A DNA stretch of 64,000 nt from NCBI GenBank assembly GCA_040954595.2, contig CM082580.2, positions 7,356,390-7,420,389 of the forward strand, read 5' to 3'. Below are positions 15,201 through 30,300 of the stretch, piece by piece. The stretch is from Balanoglossus misakiensis (taxonomy: Eukaryota > Animalia > Hemichordata). Made by a program: the position numbers and the translations under genes. Each line of letters begins with the position of its first letter. The first letter of the stretch is position 1. The notes under the pieces are model-generated. The model made no database searches, was not told the DNA's origin, and saw nothing but the letters and a program-made list of their open reading frames with translations.

Positions 15201-17770
15201 GCCCACAGCTGACCTTTCGAACGGTTTTATTTTATGTCGGATATAAGGGATCGTAATCCCAAACATGATATGAACTGTCACTCCAGTGTTGTTTGTCAGT
15301 GTATATCCTTTTGCTTTGTGTCATCCGCATGACTTGTGCAGTGCATTAGAAATACTGTGGTTTCTCTGGATCACATACCGGTACGTATACCCTGGGACAA
15401 TCTGTAGCAATCAGTTGCAGGAGAAAATTTACCAGTGGTACTACCGGGGTACTATCAGTATTAGTGAGTGTGTTTGACTGATATGACACTCTGGGACATA
15501 AATCTTGTGTGCAATACAGAAGCATGCATACTGACGCCAGCCTACCAAATTTTTATTCCCAATTCAGAAATTTTGAACTATTGTCCAGCACCACTGGAAA
15601 CACACATGGGGTTCAAGATGGTCATTTCGACTCCGTTACCTCTGTACGCAATCTGTACCGCACAGATTGTGCGTAGGGGTTATTGGCTCTGTTACGTTTA
15701 ATATTGCAGTTACGTTCCCTGAGGTTTGATGAAAATTGAAGATATGGCCGTAAGTCTTCTGATTTCTCAGTGCAGTGATGCGGCAGTATTGATACAACCT
15801 TGAGAAGGTCACCGATTGGCCCAGCTAGGCAGCCTTTTGTTATGCAAAGTGGGGCCGTGTAGAGTCAGCTCCTCAGGCAATATGAGAAATCTTGGATGAA
15901 AGCATGTAATTTTCGTATGTTTGGATCAGTTCTCATATACACTGGCAATTAAAGTAGTAGGCACCACAGGAACAGAGTTTCAGAAAAATGATAGTTACCC
16001 CCCAAACCTTTCAGTTCTCTGCTATATTAAAGTGTGTGAGAACTCGTTTTGAAAGCAAAACAACAAAGAGTGTTCATCTTTTTTCTAAAAAAATCAATAT
16101 CAAAATTTTAGAATTCAATTTCATTTACTTTCCAAAAACAGTACGTCATAAAAGGATCGAGGCTGCTCTGACCAGATAAGCTTATTCTGAAAGTGAGAAC
16201 ACGGGTGAATGGGTCTGAAGTTATATCATTACACAGGTTTTGAAAGCATATTCAATGTATGAAAATATGTTTAGAAATTATGTTTAGAAACTACAGTATG
16301 CAGGATAACACTGCTGCTGTAAAATGATTGTTATAGCAAGGGACAGACACAAAAGAACCGATAAGAACAAAATTTAAGTCGATGTCTGTCAACATTTTTA
16401 ATATATATTGCATAAAAAAAAGTCTGGATCTGGTTACAGTATGGATAATCAATGTGGGTGAGGACAATTACACAATGTACAGTTTGATTGGCAACAATAG
16501 CGTTAGTGAATACAGCACGTATAATCTTTATCAGACATGTTTATCGTCAGAAGTGTAGACTTTTTTAATTAAAAAAATCCACTGGCATCGACGGTGCTTA
16601 CACGCTGGCCAAGTAAACAAGGATGGAGTTGGCAAATGTTAAAATCCTGACTGAAGAAACGTACGGGAGAATTATATCAATATATGGAGCATTTCTGTGA
16701 GCATGTCCTCGCAATAGTATTATTTCATTACTAGCAAGAAATCGCTTTAAGTTGAATTTTGTGTATTTTTTGCAAATTCTTCTGACAGTCTAAATGTTTG
16801 ACAGATAAAGCAGCTTATTTAATTTTCACTGTTGGTTTTTGAAAATTAAGTTGAGAGATGCCATATTTTCGTATAAATGCTTGCCATGTCCATCCAGCAT
16901 AATTGAATTTAATCAAATCCTAATGAGGTACTACAGTCACCAGTTGTCACATTAACAAGATATCACACTGCACTGAATTAAGCTCATTAAAAGCACATAT
17001 CAATGCTCAATCCTAAATATAGAAACTTAAAAACATATATCGCAAAAATCAATTCATCATAATTCTACAGTATCATTCAATTATCAGACAGTGACAGCAA
17101 TAGAATAATCCGAGACATACATCTGGTACCGACTCTAAATGCTGGATATTTCTCATGTTATTTCTTCATCATCATGGTGTTATTTTTTAAATATGTTAAT
17201 GCCACACTTTCTTATTTAACCAATCCAATACACAATGTAGAACAACCTATTCTAGAGATGGGGGTGTTGCTAGGTGATTTCGTGAGCCGACTTCCTTAAT
17301 GCATCAAGTGGCACTGTCGTTTCTGAGTTCAAATCCCGTAAAATACACAGCTATCCCACCCAGCACAACTGTGATTTTAAATTTAAAGAGGCAAAAACAT
17401 TGGACAATACATCACATGAAAAATTAAACTAATTCCTGCCATCGTAAGTGCTTTTCATACTTTAATGGGTCTCTGGAGGTATAACACAGTTTTTTGGTAG
17501 GCTGAATGAGTGATGCATTAAAATTGCATTTAACTGTCCACCTGACCCGACAGGCACTGTGATGTGCCGTATATACCAAATGCAACTGTCAAGTTCTGTG
17601 AGTTTGACAAGTACACGCAGAGAGGAAAGTGGCTGTCTTAGAAAGCTCAAAGATGGGCGGTTTTCATCAGACACCTCTGATGCAGCCATCGACAGGATTT
17701 GTGTACATACCTCACGTTTTTATCGTTCACCAATCTGTATTTTCAACGATTAGCTGTTCTGGCTATAGTA

Positions 17771-17949
17771 CAGTCAAACCTGTGTTAGTGACCACCTCTA
17801 TATAGTGACCACCTCTATATAGTGACCACTATGTTACAGTCCCTGTGCAACTTACATGTGCATTTATTGACCTGTCTATAAAGACCACCTGTCTATAAAG
17901 GCCAGTTTATGAAAGTCCCTTGACTGGCCACTATACACAGGTTTGACTG
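17771..17949. mobile_element. Tc1/mariner (pogo/Tigger-like) MITE, copy 1
   Basis: TIRs CAGTCAAACCTGT...ACAGGTTTGACTG with TA on both flanks and internal GACCACC/TATAG subrepeats; a second copy lies at 63047-63208 in the opposite orientation. Confidence 0.85.
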
Positions 17950-19689
17950 TACTACAAATAGCTGTATTATAAAAGGGTGAATAGTATAAGGCATGCTCCA
18001 ATAAACGTCTGTCTGCCCACACTCATGCACAGACAAGGTAAAAATCTCCAGCGTTCTCAGTGCGATAAATTATAAACGAAAACACACTTTCATTTTGTTT
18101 CCCAAATACTGATGCACAACCTTGGAAGATGATTTGTTCTTTATTAGAAATGATTGTCTAACAGTGATCATCCATCCAATGCAGGCCATTTTTCATTTTT
18201 TCCTAAACTCAGAAAAGTGAAATATAGCACGAAAATTGACTGCGTTGACCCATCAACTGCGGAAATATCAAAAACAGCCAAGCAATTAAAGCGACTGAGA
18301 TAACAGAAACCGTAGCAATTCCAGTACTACTCATTAATCATATTTTCATTTGTGCAAAGAGAAATACTGCTTTTTAATATTGTGACAAACATGAAGACTT
18401 ATTTGCTGGTTACTTCAAAATATCATCCATCATTCAATTTAATGCTCTGCTATATCAACGATTCTAAATACACACAGTCTTAGCTCCATATACACGTACG
18501 GTACATGCCTCATGCTCCGTGATCATTCCATAAATTCAGAGTATCATATCAGGGTAGTCTAGCTGCTACCAAAGCAAAGATTTTCCAGAAAATAATTAAA
18601 TGAAAATACTACAAACTTTTGCCCATTCATATATTTATTAAGAAAATAAGATGCTCCTGCTGTTATTTTTTTATAAAAAATCCAATGTTTGCACAGCTAA
18701 CACTGTTTTTAACACAGTTTCACAACCTGACTGAAAATTAAATATTTTCAGCCATTTTGAATATTTTTTACTCATCGGTGACATTAGGACAATAATTAAA
18801 ATAATTAACTGCAGGGGTTTCCTTGAACAGTGTAAAGTAATCAATTAGAACCAATGTTGGTGGCCCAGCACATGAAAATTTCTGACTTTTTTTCAATTTA
18901 CACTGGTCGATCTCCTTGCATAAAATACCACAGAACTGCTTGTCATGCCCTCCAAGCCACCAGAAGGTCCCTAATGGTGTTGGAAGTGTGAGGTGAACTG
19001 TTGACAACATTACCTAGCCAGTGTTTCCCAGTAATTTCAATTTAAATGCCAGTCTAGGGAATGGGCAACTGGCTTGTTGCTATTCCCTCCGGGGGTACTG
19101 CATGCCATTATCATCCGGAGATATAAATAAGTCTCTGGAATTAAACTGACCCTCCTTGCAGCCATTACAATGTGTTCCAAAGTTCCATGAAATAAAACCC
19201 AGAAAAATGCTCTTAGTGGTAATTTCACAGTCTCCGTATCTTTTAACCTTATCATCCCCTTTTCCCCCTTTAATCCACTCCTGGCTACACTAATTACGTA
19301 TTTATGTTGATTTTATAATAAAAAATCAACTTTGGCACCTTTTCATGAAGAAAAGTTAATTCACTTGCCTGTTTTCTCATGACAGTAAATTTATTGAAAC
19401 ATTTTGAAACATACATGCAGTACAAGCTTTCAACCAATTGTAATAAAACATTTCAACCAAGATTTCACACAAACGCTGATCTGCCAACAACATACACCAA
19501 TACTCCACATTCGACGAGTCCTAAAAATTGATACCGCACCATCATTTCCTGCTCAACAGCCAACCCTGGACAGCTCCTCAATGAAAGGAAACCCCAAACT
19601 GTCCCCAAACACTGACACTTTCTGAAGTCCATGCTGCATGACATGCTCACACAGTATGCTGACTTTCCCTGAACGTCCGTATGGACTGT

Positions 19690-19870
19690 ACAGAATCAAC
19701 TGTGTTCCTTGACTGTGACACCCCCTGACTAGCTTTCAAAAGTACATTGCCCTGGTTGTTCCCTGACTGCACCACTGACTAGCTCTGGCTGTTTCCTGAC
19801 AGCGACACCCCCTGACTTACTCAGCTAATCATGTGCTGACTGTTTCTTGACTGTGACACCCCCTTGCTTT
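19690..19870. repeat. Degenerate tandem repeat (GACTGTGACACCCCCTGACT-like units)
   Basis: Related units at about 19711, 19765, 19797 and 19849. Confidence 0.5.
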
Positions 19871-22800
19871 GCTTTCTAACACAGCCCACCTCCACCCCAG
19901 AAAAACTTGCTATATATAGACATGAAACCATTTTCTTTCTAAATTGCTGTGCCCATCAAACTCTGTCCCTGTCTGTCGGCCTACACACTGAATCCAAAAC
20001 AGAGAATGCATATGCAGATAAGATACAAAGATTCCATGCCTACCTAAAACACAGGCAATATCTCAGAGATCGTTAAGTCTCGGATCTTGATACTTTAGGC
20101 CAGTTATAAAACTCTTAAAATGTGATGGCAAAGCATGCCTGCATATTTTGAGAAAGGCAATACTGATCTTGTTATTATATGGAGGCTGTATTAGTCTCCT
20201 TATCTCTCCACTCTCCAATGAAAGTAATGAAACCGGTAAACATATATTGTATGTTCAGTTTGATGAGAAATTTACTTCTGAATTGAGGGTCAATATAAAG
20301 ATGGTACTCAGATAAGCTGCCGGCAGATTAGTTTCAAGAATGTTTGAAAACATCGCCGTCAGATCATATATGATAATATCACTATTACCTACAGTCAATG
20401 CATGGAATAAGCTTTTGATCTGGGAGGATGGCTAACAACGGCTGAACTCTGACCTCATCTCCTCAGAGGGTAATTGAAGAAAGTCAGGATGTACCGGTAC
20501 CAGTACTGGTTATAAAACACTCTGTCTTCCATTCTGAACCAAACAAATTAAAATCAAAATCATTGTTGCCCATGTAAAATACATTATTAGTCAGTCACTA
20601 GGGGAAATTTCTTAAAAATAAAACTTTTATTTTTTTTTAAATTAAAAGCCAGACTGGTTGCAGAGATTTATACTGATCAACAGTTGTCACTTAGAAAGCT
20701 GACACAGTTACTACATATCATCATTTGACAGATCCATACAGTGGTCAGGTCGACCTACTGCACACTCTCCCTAAACCAACAAATGCATTCAATCTCTATA
20801 CATGCTATATACAATGTAGTTCTGTGTAAGTATCACCGGCCGGCTTCAAAATCATGCAGCTCAGACAGACCAATCACAGCAACTGTTACAATGCAGATTT
20901 GTAAATTATAAGATACCTTCCCATTGGTCACATTCCACGCAACTTCAGATTGAACTGGCTAAAACTAGTTCAAAATGCTACCATTTAGTAAAAGTACAAT
21001 TCTAATTTCAGTGTATTGGCATTGAATATATGTGTAACAGTGGAAATGCAATACCTTCTCCCTTAAAGTGCGAAAAAATTTGTCATCTTAAAGCAAGTAT
21101 AAATACCTCATAACGGAAAGGCAGAAGCCAGAAGCACTGAAGCGAAAACAGATTACGGTTTCTAGGAACTCACACAATTGTGCCGAGTTTCAAAGAAATA
21201 AAAGAAGCTATAGTTGCTCGGAGAAAACTACAAAACCTTGATTACTGTGGTTGCGCGTACTTTAGCGAAAGGTGTACGGCTATTGAGAGTTAAAATACTC
21301 AAATTTCACGCAAGTAAATTGACACTAATTCGAACGCCATTTGCTAGTGCCAGCATATCTATTTCCACACTAAATCTATGTGTTCAAAATGACAAACATA
21401 CAATTTCACAGGTACTACAGAATGTGCTGGTAGTCCTTAACAGAAATATTTATTTTCCTATTTTTTTCTCATATTTTGAAGTTCAGACCTGCTACATGAG
21501 CTAGGCTTTACATCTTATTGATTTCTGTCCCTCAATACCGGATATTTGATATTCTAATTAAATATGATTTGATATTACTCACATGTAAAAACTTTGAGCT
21601 TGTCAAAATAATACATGTTTGACATGAACTTCCACAAATTTGCAAAAAAATATCATATTTCTTATCTATTTGTTGATAAATATACGGACTGTTACTGACA
21701 TGCGTATTTCTGAAAAACGCGACCATCACAGACGGTCTCTTTTCCCAGAATGTGTCGCGTTTAATGGATCCGTTGTATTGATGAAGTGTGACAGTGAATA
21801 TAGCAGCGATAATCGCTGTACAATGCGGCAAAATTGCTTGTCAACATGAATGGATCACTGCAGACACACGGGGGACAAAGGTGAAGGAATCCATTCAGGC
21901 TGCCGCGCACCCCAGTTGCCCCCAACGCAGGAATTCAACCATTGAAAACCAATTGCGGAAACCAGTGGGCTGGCTGGCAACTGTGAAATATCTACCACAG
22001 CATCTACCAGAGCATGGGGTGTGTTTTTTTAATACATAAATTTGCAAATAAGATCCTGCGCCCTTACCTGGAAATTCGCTTTCTGCTGAAACAGGTGTCT
22101 TTCTCCGAACCTAGAGATGTATACCAACCAGTTCTTTGGTGATCATTCTCTTAGGACTTTTATATTTTTTTTATCATAAAGGGCAATAGAGATTACCAAG
22201 ACAAACAATACAAGATAAGAACAATATTGATTTTATTGATTAATTATTTATCCAGTGATTGATTTGTAAGTTTATTTTAAATCTTTTTGTTTTAATGCCA
22301 AATGGTATTTATCCATAACTGTGATGAAACAACACTTCGAATAAGACAAGGATGACAGGGAAATTCAAGGAAATGCAGAAATAAACTGATGTTTTCCCTG
22401 ACATGGTATGACGTACCAAGTATGCACTAACTTTATACAGTTAAAACAGTAAAGGCATTTTTATTGAGGAACATATTACTTGGAGATGTGAACCTAAATT
22501 TAGTTTGATTATTTTTATGCGTGCCAACCTCCATAAAATCAGACGCATGAAAGCATCAATCATCCCAGTGAACTCTTCTTCACAGCCGCCCTGTTACACC
22601 AAACGGGTGCGCCGTGATTGAGAGAACAAAACGAGAAAGAATAAGTCTGCTTGCTCAGCGCCGTGATCAATATAGCCGTAGAAGGCAACACCACTGATCA
22701 CGCAACCCCAGGAATTAAAGATGGCCAATTTCCTGAGCCAGAACGATATTTATCGGTGAGCCAATGATCATAAAAAAGGACGTAAATGGAGATTGGTTGT

Positions 22801-24048
22801 CAGGTCAGTCTGGAGCAACAGACATCAAAGCTTTTCTCAAAAGGATAAACCTTGAACCAATTCCTTCCCTCGTGTACGAGGCACACTCTAAGTGAAGAGC
22901 AATATTATCAAAAAAACGAGATGGGAGATTCAGGTACAAGACAGTAACAAGAACAATGAAATTTACAGCTTAGATGGCAAGACCAATAAATTTGAGTTTT
23001 ATTTTTGTTCAAATCCTGCATGGTCCGAGATTCAGCATACCAATCAGTTGCTGATGATTGTCCTTCTATAAAACCAGCACCGAATCTTCTCACTACTTCT
23101 TGTCAAGGTACAAACTTTTGTACATGTAGTGACTACACACTCTCTGCCAACAGCCAACACACGGCTGCACTGCACCACAACGTACACAGAACAACATAAT
23201 TAAACACGCACCACTGATTGAGATCCACGCAAGTGCTGCCGAAATGGATCTCACAGATGTCATAATTGTAGGAATCCTGCAGACCCTCCAAGTCATTACC
23301 TTGGTATGCGGAGGATGACAATTGTGATTTCACCGACGAGCTTAACTCATCCGTCAGAGTTAAATAAAACCGATCGCATCAAAAACGGCCCGACTGCTAT
23401 ATCTGTCACGCTATGCTGTTCTACCGCGGTCCTACACGAGGCAAATATGCTCAGATATGTGTTCTCTATTTAAACTGGCATGATTACAGAATGCCAGCAA
23501 TGGCCGTTCTCTCTCTCTCTCTGCATGGCCAAATGATTGAAGATGCGGTATTCAATAATAGCCGCCTTCATTGGCAAAAGGTGACTAGAGTACGAAGGAC
23601 AGTGCGGTTGAATAGACTGAATTCCAACATACTTATAAAGCCTGCAGCATCCTTATCAACTTTTGACGAGCAAAATACAGAACACTTTTGTGAATATTTC
23701 ACAAAATATTTCATAATATTAAAAAAAAATGTCAGGAAAAAACATACCACACAACATGCTAAAATGTTGACAATTACATGACTTTTTCAATGAAACATTC
23801 AGTTCAATTAACATATTTCTGGCTTTTTACATAGTTTTTATATTAATCCACACTGTATTAATACAAGAGTCTGCAAACTTATTTATGTAAACATCATTCA
23901 AAGATTCTCTAACAGCTTAAGGACAATTATGGCATGGAATGCAATACAGTGTAATGTACCATGAGGTAATGTAAGCTTTTGACTTCAGGCCAAAGGATCG
24001 TATCATATTTATACAAGCTACATTTGAATTATTCCTATGTGATATTTA

Positions 24049-24371
24049 AGCAATAAAACACCCCCAGCCATGGTATACCACGAGATTTTGACCAGTTCAC
24101 GACATATACGCACGAGCGATAGCGAGTGCGTATATGGAGTTGAACTGGTCAAAATCGAGTGGTATACCATGGCTAGGGGTGTCTTATTGCTATTATATTA
24201 TACCAGTATATTGAAACTTTGCATAAAACATTTTAAAAAGGCATTTTCTTTGACTATGAGTTTTGCGTGCATTATGACTGTGGTATATGGCGAATATATC
24301 ACAGTCACGTGTCGTGTCTCGACCAATCAAATAGCGTGATTTACACCATCAATATACTGGTATAATATAAT
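24049..24371. mobile_element. Double-hairpin non-autonomous element (possibly Crypton-type)
   Basis: An imperfect ~140-bp palindrome at 24049-24191 (AGCAATAAAACACCCC...GGGGTGTCTTATTGCT) abuts a second perfect 23-bp inverted pair, ATTATATTATACCAGTATATTGA (24192-24214) / TCAATATACTGGTATAATATAAT (24349-24371). No TSD is evident. The family assignment is inferred from remembered architecture only. Confidence 0.6.
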
Positions 24372-27300
24372 TTATTTTTAAATAGGTCATATGCCTGTGG
24401 TTTAACAAGTTGAAAAGCATACAATAAAATCGCCTTTTTTCGGTGGAAATAATCAAATGAGAGTTAGTCATACTTCACTTCCAATTCATGCAATACCGCT
24501 ACTTTGATTTCAAGGTGCATGCGGAACTACATTTACTGAGAGACTTGATCATTTATTTATGATTTGTCGCGTGATTAAAAAGGGAGAATGGCATAGCCAG
24601 TAATATTTCATGCCTACCCAGCATTATAAATTAAACACGGTTATGAAATATTAATTTTTAAAAGTAGAAGTAATTAGCCCAATGCACCTGCCGTTTTCTT
24701 TGCTACGGGGAACTGACTTAACTTTACAATACATTGAAGTCAATCTCAAAGTGGTACTCTAGTCGTATACAATATCTTAACTCACTTTTTTACTTGCTAA
24801 CTGAACACATGGGCTTTGTAGATAACATAAGTACCGGGTATTTGCCATATGCTATTAAACCAGAAGCTTCCCTTTTATATGTATGGAACATAAATGCTGA
24901 AAAAAACAGTCAAGCTATAACTTAAGATTTCATTGAAAAGCTTTTACCGATTTTTATTTGGTACTGGTCACTGTCAAAATGCTGACTACTTGAAGCTCAC
25001 ACTTCTGTACATTTTTATCTCACAATAGCTGGTGGGAATTTTTGCATCAATGTGATACATGTACTTCATGACTAGTGCACTGTGTTAATACAATGGCATA
25101 GGACAGGTCTGTTTATACAGATTTTCCTTCAAAATCTTGTGATATCTGTAGAAATCCATACCCGGTAATCATACATTGCAAAAATCTACATGTAGCCCCC
25201 AGTAGAGTAAAGAACTTCAAAAGAATTCTATAGCAACGTATTACACTGAAGAAATCTACCACATAAGAGTCAGGTAGGTATACATATACCTGCTACAGTG
25301 GACCTATAGCTATGTGTACAAAGAATGAGAAGCCTCGTTGAAACGGAGAAGATTGATTTTCAATGTCAAAAGACCACGGCTGTGGGTATGCAGCATCTGG
25401 TTAAAAGAACCAGAGAAAGACCCAACTGATGTACGTACGTACATCTCTCAGTTTATTAAAGAGCAGCGTACTCAAGATAAAACTGACATTCAGAAGCTGT
25501 CTTTCGACATGAATGACCAAACTCTCAGGACTGTAAAGTGAGTGTATATACCCGTAAAGTACAAATGTATCGTGGACAACTTGACGATAACCCAACAACA
25601 CATGGTTGCAGAGATAAGGCGAGTAGTTCGAAGTACTGAAAAGTACCGTAACCGGGCACTCAAGTTTTTTTTCCCCTTTTGGTTCTTATCTCTCAGCTGC
25701 TCCTCGGCCATCTAGAAATGGACTTGGTGTTTCCATTTCTTATCGCCTCCTAAGATAAACAAGGAAACAGAGGTGGGCTACAAAAAGAAGCATAAATATT
25801 TAAAAGGCATCCACCAATCTAATTAGGGATAGGCCATTATACCTTGTGGGGGGGGGCAGTCAAAATGACAAAAAAAAACATACAAACACTAAACTACAGT
25901 TCATTTTCAATTACATGTGGAGAGGTATATGCCAAACTGCTATTACAAGGGAAACAGTAGCCATAACTTTTAATCCTGATTTTTCAATAAAGTAAGGTAT
26001 TTTTATTCTATTTATGCTTCTTGTTTATTTTCTGCTTTAAAGGTTTACTTGGGTCCAAAATAACAACACAAACAATGAAAACCATCACCAAATCACGGAG
26101 TAAAAACATTGCAAATTCCAGGCTGCATTCGTAATTGTCCCGCCCAGGCCAATAAATGATTTCTTCATTCAATCACAGTCCACTTTTAACATGCTGATTT
26201 AATTTACTAATGAAATTACAGTGTGCAGATTTTTATAATCAGCCAGATTGAATAATTAGCTTGATTGCTCACTTATCTGGATAACTCAATCTGTACACAC
26301 CATAAATTGGTCAATTAAAATATGTTGATTTGTCTATAAATTGCATTGATTAATGACCTGCTAGGGTACTCGATCTATGTTAACTCTTTAACAGCTCCAA
26401 ACTGAATTATGGCTTTTAGCTCTGACTGTACCATTGGCAGAAACATGCACTGGGGTTTATGCAGTTGAATTATTAGACTACATTCCTCAAAATTAGACAA
26501 AATACTGTACACAGCTGTCCCAATTACAACCCACATCAATTATCACTCATAACCCATCTTTAAGACTGTACGTATACAATGTATTGGGCAACTTTTTTCT
26601 TTCTAAATCCTGGTCTTTTATTTATTTATTTTTATTTATTTATTGCATCACTTTTAAATCAGGGGCTCAGTAAATCAAAACATTAGGAGCTGCAAGAGAT
26701 TCATAAAAATGAATTACAGAAAAAATATTTTGAAACAAATTGCAGAAAGAAAATTCTTGAATCTGTTTTCACATACAAGCACTGGATCTAGATTTCAGGA
26801 AACTGACAAGAGGCAAAATGTTGAGAACTCAATTGTTGAGAACTCAATTTAAACAGCTGCTTCTGATAGAAAAATTCATAGAGGACTCAAATACTGCCTG
26901 AACTTTCAACTCGGATCGGAAACTACGTGCAGATATAAGTCTCAGCGACGCACATATCGCAGAGGCAAACAGCTGGAACAGAGTTTCCCCGGCTGTTTGT
27001 ATTTCAGGCCCTGGGGGTGACCATTCACTAGATGTATAGCACGAGCAATGCCCTCTGGGCTGAAAGTGACCACACTGTTTCTCCCAGAATACACACAGCC
27101 TTTGGGCGTCTTGAGTAACGTCTGTTCATGAAGGCATTCAAAAGACGGGGCGTAAAGTCGACCCAGACAGTAAATTACACCGACTTCTGTGAAATATGTG
27201 GGATGTATACATGCACTGTGTATTTAATATCAATAACACACAAGTTTTACCTTCACTTATAGCATCAATCACATTTCCTTAACCTATACCCTTTACGTCT

Positions 27301-30300
27301 TTGCTATTAAGGTGGGAGACGTCTTGAAATTTAAGATATTGTCTTTTTCTTGCCAGTTCTATATTTTCATGTTGCATTTCAATATCATTGAATGCCAGCG
27401 TGGGATCGATAACAAACCTCAGGGACGTGGACTGTCGTTTGTCAGGAAATGGAATTCCTACAAATCAATCCACTATGACCATGACGCGCATTATACACTT
27501 CTGTATTTCTTGTATTTAAAGGCCAGGAAGACAAAAAAAAGCTGCTCCTGAGATTCACCGCTTCTTTCAACTGCATCAATGTACTTCATCTCTCATTTAC
27601 TTGTCACCACCAAATCCACAGAGAACAAGTTAATCAGTAACCTACAACAACAACAGCCACGGTCATCCATGCAGTTCAACCGGCGCCATCCCCACGGATA
27701 ACTTTAGCATTCAAAGAACTAAGGAACGTGTCAACTCCATCCAGGAGTTAATTACACCAGATCTACCTTTCATTGTTCCCAGACCTTAGAGAAAAACTGC
27801 TGATAATTATGTGACTTACACACTACCTAATTATTAAGTTGTTTACCAAAATATTGCTGTTACAAGTATTGTGAAATGCACTAAAATAATTATTTTTTTA
27901 ACATTTTTATTGTAATATTCTTTTATTTTACCACAATTTAATGGACAACAGGGTGAGATATTCAACAGTATAAAAAATAGCCGTAGCAATCATACGCGCA
28001 TGTCTGGCAGATGTCTGAACTTTGTCTAGATGACAGCCGATACAGTGCACTGGGTTCCCCTGAAGAGGATTCATACAGACGCCATACGTTCTAACTGCAC
28101 ATACAAGCCATGCTGTTATACAGCGTTGCCTGGAATCACAATGACCATATTGAAATTTCATCATGACAGTTTTAAATACAGACCTCCCACCGAGACACAG
28201 GGAGACGAGTCCCATTGCGAGCGCTTGGTTCACATGATTGGCAGGGCTGGGTCTCTTCTGTTGAGATATACTCTACTTATTATGCAAGATGCATATAATG
28301 ATTTTTATTTTATGAAAACAGAACACTCCAGACAGGCATATTTCTGCTCAGTAAACGAAAGCAATAGATATCAGGAAAAAATCATCACACAAAAAATACT
28401 GATTCATTTTAGAAGAAATGGCAATTTTGATTGATTCCTCCAGAACAGATGACGGTTAATTTTATTAATATATCACAGCATTACGGGCAACAGACAACTC
28501 TAGGTATTAAAATACTCCTACCATATTGCCAACCACAATATTTTCAATCCTCACAAACAGCGATATGGGAATGAGAGAAGGTCATAGAAAGGTCAACAGC
28601 AGTAATGAAAATACAACCGGCATTTAATATTTGTATGAACCGAACCTGGCATGAATACACCGAAGGTTGTTTTTAATCAAAATATGTATAATTCGAAATA
28701 TATTTATTTCCAATATGGAGAGTATTAATACTGACATGGTTCATGTACTGGGAAGTTTTGGGGATCCAATCCATTTGCTATTTCGCTCTGCTAACCAAAC
28801 TTCCTAAAACCTATCAGTTTTTGCAGTTGCCATGGGTGTGGACGCTGGTTGCTATGGGCAAAGACTGACACCAGTTGCCCACACAGTTTCAGGTTCATTT
28901 TCTAAAGTGACAATGATGACACTGCATACCTTTGTTCTACAATCTCAACTGCGTCAAAAGTTGCTTGTGACGTGAACATTTTCCTGCTGGCCCTGGCAAC
29001 TATAAACTATCCAAATATTCTGATATCTTCAGTAGAACTTTTTATATTATAGAAAGAAAACACATTCTAATTGACCTCTTGAGAAACAGTTCACTGTCAC
29101 TGTGACCTTCTCTGTTTTTGCTGTCCAATTTGGGACTACAGTTAGCGGTGCATTGGAGAACGAGAAAATTAATTTCAGGCAATTAACACAGCCACGACAG
29201 CCTGCAGTGTATATGCATATATGTTTGACAAGTGCCGAGCCTCTGTAATAACGAAACAGATAATCTTTTTTCTCCTCCGCGGTTGAACTGCGCGATCTTT
29301 AAAAGGAACCAATCACGTGGGATCGTATTTGAGTATGACCTGATCCGAGGTCATCCTGACTGGTAATTAGCTATATCACCCAATGGATGTCTCCAGGACC
29401 CTACTGACAATGTTCTTATTTCAGTTTGGCAGTTGTGGCTGCAGACTGTTTCCATTCAACCTTTCATCAAAATACAATTATGCTCGAGACATGATGCTTA
29501 CAAGCTCTACACATGTGACATTAATTTGTGTAACAACATACTGCATCCCTATTAAAAAGGTATGGATCATGCAGGCGTCACCAGATTCCGGATGAAGATG
29601 TCCAATTTTTTTGCCCAATTTTCCTCTCATTTGGCGCGCACTAAGATGACGTCAGCCCACTGCATAACTATGGGTAGTATATGGCTTTTCAACCGTGAAA
29701 TTAACTGCATTTGGAATCGCGGGGAAATTACGGTACCAGAATCCGATCAGAGCTGGTACGACGCAGACCAATAATAACACAACCTATAGTTGTATTATGG
29801 TGCTGAATTCCTTACAAATGCAGAGATGATCAAATAAGCATTACGAGCCAGACAGTGACTTAAACTGACCAGGAATGAAGAAAATCATTTTTTATAACAA
29901 GCAATATAAAAGAAACCTTAAGGTGAAGGTCGGATGTCAGCAGACATTGATTTGTGAAACAATGAAAATGACACAAAATAACGGGAGTTTACAAAATAAA
30001 TGAAACCGTATTGGGATAAAAACATATTTGCAACTTTACATCAGATTCATTTTGTTGCTGACGCAGTGAAGACTTCAATATTTAATAGCATACCCTGGGG
30101 ATTTGAAATTCAATCCATGCAGATTTATCCAGAACAGCAAGCTGAACGGATACGGTATACATTTTTTTTTATTTTATCAAGAGCTGCACAGCTAGTGCTT
30201 GCACCTTCAGTAACAATTCATCCAGAAATCCAACTACAAGACCGAGTGAGCCATTATCAGGTGACTTACAGACTCAATGTGGGGGTCGTTTTGTCCTCCT

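Noticed and set aside
15948-16200. Possible decayed TTAA-flanked transposon fragment (a similar hint at about 21060-21440)
   Set aside because: Could not identify matching TIRs at both ends by eye.
17320-17345. B-box-like GAGTTCAAATCCC (tRNA/SINE)
   Set aside because: No A-box at suitable spacing and no cloverleaf.
17462-17689. ORF MAASEVSDENRP... as an alternative first exon of the channel
   Set aside because: No convincing donor in the phase needed for ERG exon 3 and no homology.
22058-22100. 43-nt minus-strand segment with TAG acceptor and CAG|GTAAG donor as candidate KCNH exon 3
   Set aside because: Its translation (GSEKDTCFSRKRIS) does not resemble the conserved PAC motif, and the length is not frame-preserving.
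25373-25537. Plus-strand exon-like segment (EPEKDPTDVRTYISQFIKEQ..., ends at GTGAGT) suggesting a nested antisense gene
   Set aside because: Weak acceptor, no recognisable homology and no partner exons found; would need RNA-seq support.
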